DNA of 59,603 nt, counting the filler, from Moniliella sp. 'wahieum' (taxonomy: Eukaryota): assembly GCA_003971905.1 (NCBI GenBank). It is 2 parts of 2 records of this genome, joined end to end, with 100 filler letters (N's around TTAATTAATTAA, not from the genome) between each part and the next. Parts side by side here need not be neighbours in the genome. Positions count along the whole stretch, not along the records: positions 1 to 31,591 come from RSEE01000192.1; 1 more part is not named here. The stretch is one strand, 5' to 3'. Each line of letters opens with the position of its first letter. The stretch's first letter is position 1. Below are positions 1-10,224 of the stretch, piece by piece. The notes under the pieces were generated by a model. That model worked only from the letters and a program-made list of their open reading frames with translations. It had not been told where the DNA came from and did no database searches. The translations under genes and the position numbers were made by a program.

Positions 1-222
1 CCAACCAGAGCAACCACAAACAAATCCACAACGACACACACACACACACAATTGTCAGCCGGCCGCCACATGTCACTTTCGATCACTGTCCGACCCACGT
101 ACCAGCCAGCCGTTTTTCCTCTCTCTGGGCAACACCACCACGCCTCGCTTTCCGGTTCGCTTTCCACTTCGTGTGCTTCCCCCACCGTCCCACTCGCTCG
201 GCCCGAGACCGAGGCCCCTTCG

Positions 223-1564
223 TCAATGGTGAGTCTCCCTCGGCAGTGGGCAACATCTCGGTCGAGGTGCCGGCATGCTGCTGGACCTCGTCGTCAGGAG
301 AGAATTTGGGAAGCCGAGGCTGAAGCCGTCAGCAGGGAGGGAGGTGGAGGATTGGTTTGCGTTCGCCCGCTCTGATCGCTCGGAGCGGTCGTTGAGTTCT
401 TCCTCGAGGCGTTCACGGAGGTAGGCAATGATGCCAGTGCCAAGGTACCCCCCTCTCTTCGTCATCTACTTCCTCCCATGGCACTGGCAGAGCGCGAAAC
501 GGATCCGGCCAGCAGGAGATGACAGAGCCCATCACTGCGTGCCTTCTCGTTGGTATCTCGCGGAAGGGTGGCTGGAGCGGGGGCTGGGCGTCTACCCGTT
601 GACCGAATCCGAGATTTCGGACGACGCCACCGGTTTCCCCTCCCTCCCAAGCCGCGAGACATTGTCAAGCGACTTGGCACGCGGTTTGAGCAACCCCTCG
701 GCCAAGGCCTGGGCGGACGCCATGGAGCGACGGGTATTGATGATCGCATTGATCGCCGCCAGTTCCTCCGCATCAAGCCAACCGTCTTCGTTGTCATTTT
801 CATTTTCATTTTCGTTCTCCTCATTGTTTTCTTTCTTTCGCCCTCGCTTATGCTCTTAGGTCGGCTGTGAAACCAGGACTTCGGCTTCTTCTTGTCCTCC
901 CCAGTCGGCGGATGGGCTTTGGCGCGAGCACGCTCGAGCGCAATCTGGCGCCGATCGGCCAGTTGGCGATTGCGTACCTGCCGCTCGGCTTCCCTCTTTT
1001 GTTGGAGGGAAGGGATGTAGGTTTGGGAGCCCGATCCGGTGCCCCATCCGCCGAGGATGGCCATCTGGCATTGAAGTTGATGTCGGCCATGCCAAGCAGC
1101 ATGGCCACCTTGCTCATCCCCCATAGCCGCTCAGCCTCGCGCTCCCGTTGGCGTGCCTCCTCTTTCGCGCGCGCTCTCGCGCGCGGCGTTCACGTCGCTC
1201 AGCCTGTTCTTTGCGCAGGGCAGCCTCCTGCTCTGGCTCGGCAGTAACGGCGCGGATCTGGGTGCGCACCACACCGTTCTTATCTCGACAGAAGGAGACG
1301 GGCTGAGCGCGGGGGACGTGGAGCGGGTTGTTGCGGAGGATGCCATGGCCAGCCGAGCGCTCGCTGGGGGCGCTGGAGGCAGCGGGGGGGGGACGGCGGC
1401 GGCGGAGGCGGGGGAGGCGGTGGTGTCTGCGTGGCTGGGCGGGGCGAGTCAGAGGGGGCTGAGACGAGGAGACGGTGCTGGGGGAGGCCGGCATGGACGC
1501 GGGGGCGGGGGCACTGGCACAGGTACTGGCACTGGCGGTGGGAAGGGCGGGGTGGGCGGGCCAT
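223..1564 (-). CDS. Hypothetical protein (Pro/Ser-rich N-terminus, charged helical and acidic segments), frameshifted
   Basis: Coding-like segments across minus frames: GILRNNPLHVPRAQPVSF..EQEAALRKEQAERRERRARERAR, TYIPSLQQKREAERQVRNRQLADRRQIALERARAK, GGYLGTGIIAYLRERLEEELNDRS. No family recognised and boundaries are approximate. Confidence 0.45.
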
Positions 1565-3399
1565 CGACTGGCCAGGCAGCAGGCTGGCGTGGTGGGGGGC
1601 GGGGCGATGTCGATGGTGGATGGGGGATGGAGGACAGAGGATGGCGGGGCGGCTCTGCCCTGTGCGGCCCTGTGCCCGCAGCACTCCCCCGCGGTGCGTA
1701 CCCCAGCAGCCCCAGACTGCCCCCCCCGCGCCCCCGCGTCCGCGCAGCCCCCGCGCCCGACACTGGCCCTGCGCGGCCGCCCTGACCCATGCCATGCGAC
1801 GCACCGGCCGCATCGATGGGATCGATGATCGATGAGATGAGATCGATGATGGATGCTACTGATCGGTGATCTGTGATTAATGAGTGCTGGGGTTCTTAAT
1901 CGGTTCTTGGCCCGGGCGAGGCCATGGCTCACGTGATGCCCCCGGACGCTGGCCAGTGCGGGAGTGCTGGAGTGCTGCGCTGCTCCGCCAGCGTTCGTTC
2001 AACGTACTCTCGTTCACTATGAGCCTCCGCCCTGGCCCGAACGCGAACGGGCGCCACCAGCGTACGCGCCGAACGATCGCGGGTCCATTGGGCCACACGC
2101 CCACCCAGGTCTCTTGCGGCCCCATGTGCCATGCCGCGATTACCTCCATTACCTCCCCCCCACGGCAGATACACCCGCCACCCACGCGTATTACCATCCC
2201 ATCCTGCCTCTCTCGGTATCCACAGCACACCGGGCCTACTCGCCTTCTTCCCGACAAGCTCCCTGCGCCCTCTGCCCTACGCTATAGCCAGCGCGAACGC
2301 CGTGCCTGTCAGACGCGTCCGCACCAAGGCACAGGCCTTGGCAAGTCAGCAAGGAGCACTCGGGCAGGGCCTGGCAGGGCCCCGGGTGGCCTCTAGGCTT
2401 TTTTGTAATTCCGATCGGTATACCTTTCCGGTTGCCGGTTGTGGGCGTCCTCGTAGCAGTAAGCTTTGCGATCTGGTCGGGCCAGGGTGGTGCCAAGCTG
2501 CCAAGCCTTGCTCTGATGCTCGATGCCCGGTGCCCAGAATAATACCAACCAAAATCGAGATTGATGCATGCATGATGCATGTCATGCATGACAGTTGGTG
2601 GGCTTGGCGTTTCGCAGAGGGGTCGTTAATTTACCAATGCACTCTCCTATTCCTCTTGATCGCATCTCTCGCTCGCGCTCCAACGTCGTTCGGGTCTTCG
2701 CTCTGATCCTCACTACCAGCGCTGCCGCATAGCCGGTGGTGGTCAATTGTGGCTGTCCTTGCGTTGCCCTGACCGGCCTGACTTCTAGGTCTGCTGGGCC
2801 GGGTATCATGATGATCGATGATCGATGAAGGCATAATGAATCGAGCGGGGGAACAAAAGGAACGTAAACCTTACACAGGCCGCCGTTGATTACGTGATCC
2901 CCTTACTGACCATGGAGGCACTCCAGCTACGGACCGGCTGAAGCAGTGTCGGTCGTGGAGCCACAGAGAAGAGGCAGAAACAGCTGTTGATGCACCAAGG
3001 AAGACAGGTGCAGGCACCAGGGCAAGGCACAGTGGGAATATAATGCCAGCGTGGCAGCCGGACTGTCAAAGGAACTCTCTCCCACCACAAAATCTCCACA
3101 GACGCTCAGATCCTCTTCAACATCACAATAAAATACCTTTTACATTGCTGATCCCTCTCGTTTTGTTGAGTCATGTTGGGCGCGCCAAGCGCGCCGCGGA
3201 GAAGCATCGGAAGAATCACGAACAACTCGATACCCTCAATCATCAGTCCGCCTGTCACTCGTTCTTGATTCCTGTCCCCTCTCCCCTCCGCCCACATACA
3301 CACCACAGACTGATAACCTGCCCGCAACCGCATGCGCCACACGACAAAAAGAACCCGCCCCAAAAGGAGTGTATACACGTTCGTCATGCCACGTTGGGC

Positions 3400-4436
3400 T
3401 AAGGCCGGAGCGGGTCAGCTGAGGGTGGGTTATGAGTCCTACCGGAACGGTGCTGCGACAGATGCGGGATGGGCGGGAGGGGGCTGGAAGGAGGGGGACC
3501 GGGGCGGGAGGGGAAAGTGCGTAGCTTGCTACTTCGTTTAATAGATGGTCCTGATGGGTGGGTGCTAGGCACGATGGGGGAAATGAGGGCGGGTGGGCTC
3601 GTGAGGTTGCGGTTGAGGTCGGAGGGGGCAGAGGGAACCGGAGCAGGGTATCGCTCCAGGGCAGGTTGATGGGGAGGCCCGAGGCGTGCTGAGGTGGACG
3701 AGATAGCAGGGCCGTCGAGTTCTGTTCAGGGTCCCCCGGCGGGATAGGATGGGGCAACCCACGATCGACTCTGCGCAGCGACCGTGTTGGCTTTCCCCGC
3801 CGCACTGTGCAATCCATGTCGCATGAGGTGCAAGCCGGCGAGCCGTCGGGTGAGGTGGCGGCCACCTCCCATGCGGTCGGGTTAAAGGTAAGCCCGAGCA
3901 TGGCGGCCACTTCAACGGCGGACTGGACAGACAGTCGGCCGAGGAGGAGCTAAAGGAGATTGATGGTGGCGATGGGTTGCCCTCCCCAGTCACACTGGAA
4001 GCAGGACTGGAGCTGCCGAGCGGCGAGTGTCAAAAGAACAGGTCATTGGGCTGATCGACCGGCTGGGGAGCTGGATCGGTTCAGCGCACTCCCAAGGGTC
4101 AATCGGGGTCAGAGGCAACGGCGCATGGCGTCTCTTGCCAAGAAAAATGCTTTTTGGACTCGGACTTGGGCTTGGACTTGGACTTGAAGTACCCTGACTT
4201 CGACGCAATTCAGGGGCGGTGCGAGAGAGAACATCGTAGGCCGAGATGCTTGTCCATCCTGGCACCGGAGCCTGGTGGTCAGGCGGTTGGGGGTGGCGTA
4301 AGATCGAGGATGTCAGAGTGGACAGATGAAAACGCCGGGGCGACCGGGAGGAAGAGACTTTGGCTTGGCGAGCCGCTGCTTCGGCGACAGCGGCAGCATG
4401 TTCAATCTCCTCGGATACATCGGAGATGTGGCCCAT
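3400..4436 (-). CDS. Hypothetical Ser/Pro-rich protein, frameshifted
   Basis: ATG at 4436 after a pyrimidine-rich leader (MGHISDVSEEIEHAAAVAEAAARQAK...), continuing through overlapping minus ORFs 3990-4436, 3565-3993 and 3236-3910. The 3' end is approximate. Confidence 0.4.
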
Positions 4437-6065
4437 GGAGGGGAAAGAAGAGGAGGTGCGAGGAGAGAGGGGAAGACGCGGTGGGATCGGATGGTGGAGG
4501 GGGAAAAGGGTCTGGCATTTTTGTTATAGGTCCCCGGTCCGACAAGGATGAACGCAAGGAACTGACCAGCACCTCGTTTTCCTCTCCCAAGCCACTCCAG
4601 GAGGTGAACAATCCACGGGTCACAACCCCGCTCTCTTGAGATTGGGGCGAGACAGGCCCCGTATCTGTGGAGCAGGAACGGAACCAGTTCCCAAAAAGCG
4701 GGTACCCTCTTTTGACCCTTTTGACCCTTCGGGTAACAGTACAGATGACGTCAGTGTATAGTGGAAGGGTGGTAGTATACGTGAAAAGCCCCGCAAACGA
4801 GTCCCTGAACCTTGTGCTGATCAAGGTTTTTGGCTGACTGCTAGGTCGGGACAGTAACCAACGGGGGAAGATACCTTAACGGTCGAGGACAGAGGGTCAT
4901 GCGTCAGGGCGTGCCGGATACTCGATAGTGGGCGTGTCTCTGAAACGGGCGGATCAAACGGAGGAGGGTTGCACACACAGGTTTAGATCTGTTTTGACTG
5001 AGAAGATAAGCACGAAAACTAATGCTGTCAGGTACGCGCACCAGAACAAGAGAGGTTGAGCGAAGTGCTTTTTTTTGAGTACATACGAGCCTCTTTTGGT
5101 GCATATTGCCGGTGCTCTCATATTAGGTGTACGAGGCCTGAAAGGCTTCGAGTATCATATATCTTGCATCATGCATCAACGTTCAACAGTACTCAGTACG
5201 TCTTCAGTACCCTCAGTACACAGTCTGAGTATTACTCCAGTGTACTCAGTACCAGTATCTATAACTAGATTCCACCTCGATATAGCCATAGTCCTAGTCG
5301 TCGGCCTAGTCAGATAAGTCAGATCACGATCACTCTATCACTAGTCACTAGCTAGTCACTAAAGTCACTATAGTCACTAACAACCCGGTCCGACCCACTG
5401 ATCCACGGTCCACTCTGCTCGTATGTCCGGTTTAAAACACACAGCCCTCGCACCTCGCCTGTGAGGGCCTGGGCGCCTTGGGGGGAAATAGTGAAAGCGG
5501 GAGGCATGGGGGCAGTGTGACATTTGAGGTCATGTTTGCCCGTCACGCGTCACTAGTCACTGGATCTGTGGTAACATGCAACAGTGGTCCAGTGCATACA
5601 AGAGGGGGTCTCACCCAGTTGATTTGTTCGGGGATATTGTCTTACATATTACGCCCACAGGAGTCAGTCACATATGTATGCACGTCGAGGCAGATACAGC
5701 TGCAAACGTCGACGCCGACATAAATATCTTGATGCAGACACACCACACCACTACGCCCAAGCCCATCCATGTAAAACAAGCGAATGCAGGTATGTGCCCC
5801 AAGAAATGTGAGATGGAGGAAGGAGAGGCAGGTGGACTGGTTACACAATCTACCGAGAGGGACGATTTGAAGTGTATTTGCCTCTCACTGCCAGCTGCCA
5901 GAAAGGAAGGGAGCACAGCTGTGAGGTATGAGGTGTGAGAAGTCGGTATTGGATCTCTCAAATCTGATAGGAACCGCACCATGCGGCCTATATATTGCGG
6001 TCCTAGTGATGGGCGTAACATGTCAGAAACCCATCGCCTGGGCGCCGGTAGTTTATGTGTGTGGG

Positions 6066-6251
6066 TGTTATAAGGTTGGCTGATCTCTTCGCTCCCATTT
6101 CCAATTTCTTCGTCTCGGGCGTCTCGCTCTTTCCCTGTTTCCTCCACTTCGCACCGTGTCCTCTGCTCTTTCTTCTTCCCCACGAATGATTGCTACACCC
6201 CCTGGCCTAGTCCCAATTCTCGTCCCCCGCGTTAGCCACCCGACTGTGACA
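6066..6251 (+). mobile_element. Solo-LTR-like dispersed repeat, copy A
   Basis: TGTTATAAGGTTGGCTGATCTC...CCCGACTGTGACA is homologous along its length to the reverse complement of 7998-8177. No target site duplication (TSD) seen. Confidence 0.75.
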
Positions 6252-7587
6252 ATGTTGGGAGCACAGCATAAGGTACCCTCGCCGCAACAACCAAAATTCT
6301 CGTAGGATATGGTTCGTGGCCCTCTCTGCTACAGCTCTCGCACTAATGCACTCACTTCTGTGTTGGAGCTTGCAGCACATACTAGGTATGGCACACCTTC
6401 GACGTGTGTGCCAGCCACATCCACAAAAGTAACGCACTCCAAAACGCAGGGTCACATATGTGTCACACCGGTCACCGGCAACCGTCCCTCAAAACGGTCA
6501 AGATTTGTTTTGTTCATCACCTTCATTGCGTTCATCCGTCTCCCATGGACGATGTTAGGTGGCCGGTGGAGACTCTCCAAAATGGGTGGATATGGGGGTA
6601 AAATGTGCATGATGTCGACGAATGTCGTCGTCTTCATCGTCACCATGTGCGCCATATCTCGATGTTAAACGTTAAAAACACACGTTAAGCCTTAAAGTTA
6701 AGCCCAGAAGCGGTACACGCAATTTTGCGTGCTATTACTGCTGCTGTGGTTTCACTATCTATAGCGTTACTATAATCGGTACCCCCCGTGGTTCTAGATT
6801 ACCACGGTTAGCCTCTCGACCATGTCATATATCTCCGTCATCTCTCTTCGATCATCCGCCTCGACGACCACACGCACTTGCCCGGCGCCAAAAAGACCTT
6901 TGATTTCAGAGAGCCCTTCAGGGCCGAGCTCAGCTGGAGCTATATACGACATTGACTGATATGGAGGGAGACCCAGGACGTCTAGATTACAGCGTTTACA
7001 CTGGTCGCCTTTTCTGACTGAAAGAGCCAGCGTCTGTGCATGAAAAGAACTCTCAGATCATCGATAATCGATAAAGGGCCTTATAGCGTTGGTCGGTGAT
7101 GTATGATGCATGATGCATGATGATCGATGATCGATGACACGATGGGGCTTGACGCGTGACGGGTGACGCGTGACAGTGTTGTGACACACAGAAGCCAAAC
7201 GCGTGTGACATGTACATGTGACATGTGACAGCTGTGATCATGTGACAGGTACGGGTTACCGGTACCACTTAGCACCTAGCGCTTACGCGCTTACGCGCGC
7301 CTACCGGTTACCGGTTATATAACCTCGCTTAATGTGGAATTCATGTTCATGTCACCGTCACATGTGACATGTGACCTTCGGTCCTTTCCCTGTCTGGACT
7401 CTGGTTGTCACACTCAGGCCACAGCGCCACATGGGCACACGTGTCACATGCATCTTGCCCCTATCGTGCAACGCAGGCTTCAAGCTTCAAAAGCTTCCGC
7501 GGTTCCAGAGCTCCAGCTTCAAGCTTCTTGGCAACCGACGGCCGTCAACACCTATATAGCTACCCTCGTTCGGGTACAAAAGGGTGG

Positions 7588-7862
7588 TGTAATATGGTTT
7601 TTGGCTGATCTTTCACGCCCATTTCCAACTTCTTCGTCTCGAACGTATCGCTCTCTTTATCTCTGTTCTTCCGCTGTGCATCCATATCATTGACAAAGCA
7701 TAAGGCTGCCAGAACAGAGAAACGCTATTACGCCTAAATCGACCGTTATATCCTCTGCCCTTGTTGTTGTTTATTAGTTGTCCCCACAAACGATTGCTAC
7801 ATTCCTTGATCTAGTCTCGACTCAGGTCTCTTCCTTCGCATTTATTAGCCCCGACTGTGACA
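7588..7862 (+). mobile_element. Solo-LTR-like dispersed repeat, copy B (diverged, with internal insertion)
   Basis: TGTAATATGGTTTTTGGCTGATC...CCATTTCCAACTTCTTCGTCTCG...ACGATTGCTAC...AGCCCCGACTGTGACA, with extra sequence at about 7685-7750. Confidence 0.7.
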
Positions 7863-7997
7863 ACTGTGGTGTGGGTTCTTCGTAATTTCAACGATTTTGT
7901 GATGTTGGGGCGCTCCGTGCATCTCCGGACACCGAACCCCCCATTTCGTAGACCTTTCATGGAAGCACACGCCAGCCCCGCGACACTTGTGAGTAAC

Positions 7998-8177
7998 TGT
8001 CACAGTCGGGGCTAAGGCGAGGGAGACCAGGATCGGACTAGGTCAAGGGGTGTAGCAATCGTTCGTGGGGAAGAAGCAAGAACAGAGGACATGGTGCGAA
8101 GTGGAAGGAACAGGGAAGGAGCGAGACGATCGAGACGAAGAAATTGGAATGGGAGCGAGATCAGCCAAACTATGACA
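7998..8177 (-). mobile_element. Intact 180-bp solo LTR, copy C, with 5-bp target site duplication
   Basis: TGTCA...TGACA inverted termini flanked by the perfect direct repeat GTAAC (7993-7997 and 8178-8182). Strand is given relative to copies A, B and D. Confidence 0.88.
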
Positions 8178-10224
8178 GTAACAGTCAGCACGAACAACTT
8201 GTCGCGGCTATTTTCCGCGAAGCGTCACAGGAAATGACCGGACTTATATCCGCGGCGTACAGTCTTGGTAGAACCCCACATCTACTGCACCCAGAAGATC
8301 GCAGTACGGTCATAACAGGCCGCCCTTTACCTCTTACTAAGATTCCCTTCCTTCTGTTAATGCCTGTTTTGATGTTACGGTATATAAGCAGCCCTGTCTG
8401 AGGCTTGCTGGCAGTGATCCTCACCGCCCAACCCATGTAGTCTTCCCCCCGACTTCTCTCTCCACTCTTCACCCTTACTCTTACAAATTTACGACTTGCG
8501 TCGACCATTCTCGCAAGCTGCGGTTACTATCTGTAGCGCTTGCTCTTCTTTAGGACTCTGTCTGTTCCCGCCTACTACAGCGTACCGGGTGTGGTAACGC
8601 CGCGAGGAACAAAGTAACTTCGGAGGTCCCGGACCCCTTCAATTGGTCTTAAGACCTACGTACGCGGCTCCTACCTCGGAGGGTTTGAGCCGCGGTCTTT
8701 GGACGCAGGCAGCCACCCAAACTAGAGGGTCTCTCCCTTGCCTCTACACCCGCTCGACGGTTCAACCAGGATCTGAAGCAGGACCTAACGTGGTACGTAT
8801 AACTCATCGAATGTGGAAATGTACGACGGAAAAGGCTCCTATATGGATCTGATCCCTCGTCCCACTGTTGATTTTTGTCCATATATAGTGGAGATTGAGT
8901 AGCGGTTATAGGGGGTGAGAAGCTAGCCCTTTTACTCCTGGACGGCACCCTCAGCGTGCCTTCCCTTGCAGAGACACGCTCTCCTCCCCCGCTGTGGTGC
9001 ATTTGGCTGTATAGTATAGCGATGGAGAACCTTGCCCTTTCCCACGCTACCGGGCTTATTGCCTCACATTTCCTTTGCTGGCAGTTCTAGAAAGCCAGGG
9101 CCACTCTCTCGGCATCGGGATAAATCATCGAGTCGCGCTCGATGTACTCCTCCAACCAGGCATACTGTACGGATACAACCAACTCCAGAGTATCGTGGGT
9201 GAATGGGCTGGCAAAGCGTTTTTGTATGAAGTGGTAGATAGTTGTCCGGGATGTGTTGGATAAAAACGCCTTATTTCTTAAACACGCGTGATGCGGAGGG
9301 CGAGGACATGCAGTGCGGGGTACTGTGGCCACTGCAGCTTCTATGCTCAGATTCAGACGTACTATACGCGTAACGCCGCGGACTCTTGCTTTGCCCTGTG
9401 CAGCAAAAATGAGCTGTTAATGACGACGAGGGAGACGGAAGGCGGTACTGGGCACACGCGGGGCGGGTGCTAACCAAATAGCTTAACCAAGTACTACTAC
9501 CGTGCGTTATGCGGCGGTCAGGCCACTGGGGGAGGTGCAGTGTGTGTGTGGGTTTTATAGTTGTTGCCGCTAATCTGCCAGCTGTGCACTCTGCAAATAT
9601 AGCCCCAACTCAGCACCTGCTGCGCAACGCCAGGGACGAAACGCGGGGTCTGGCATGGTCTGGCATCAGACCATCAGGCCTCAGGGGAAAGGAGGGCTTG
9701 TTTGGTCTGGACAGAGGGGGGCCACTAAGAACGGCGCAGTGGTCCGTGCTGGAGCGGGGATTACGCGGCACATCAGCGATAATATGATGGGGATGGATGA
9801 TGGGTTATGGCTTAGCATATGCTGGGGTAAATGAGTGCCCCACACTCTGACCGAAGTACCTGACGAGGCCTGGGCCTGACAAAATTGAGGACGGAATAGA
9901 TTTACTGATGGGTCCGGGAGGGGACGTGCCTGTGGCGGGCGGGATGGGATGGCAGGGAAATAGTTGTCGAGCGATACGCATCAGCTCTGTGCGGGTGGTA
10001 GCGTCGGCTACTACCGCATATATTACGCTGCCGAATATGACGGAGGACGCTTTCTGAGGGTATTATTGTGGTTTTGTGTGCCCTCCCTATATGCCCTCAC
10101 CTCCGCACGATCGGAGCAGAATACGGTTCATATGTTTATCCCCCCTGCTCCCACCTGCCTCCTAACCCCGCCCCGTTTATCGTTTAAGCCGATCCTCATA
10201 TTCGTATAAAACCCTCTCCCCCAA

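Noticed and set aside
4522..4738. TGTTA...TAACA segment as a second LTR family
   Set aside because: No TSD and no second copy in the window.
7050..7530. CRISPR-like array or cloning polylinker (many restriction-site palindromes)
   Set aside because: There is no constant repeat with unique spacers and the context is eukaryotic. The palindromes are dispersed, degenerate and restricted to the A....T class, unlike a vector MCS.
6066..7862. LTR copies A and B as the two ends of one TRIM/LARD element (AAAAGGGTGG before copy B looks PPT-like)
   Set aside because: The copies are clearly diverged, the outer flanks (GTGGG vs ACTGT) form no TSD, and no recognisable primer-binding site follows copy A.
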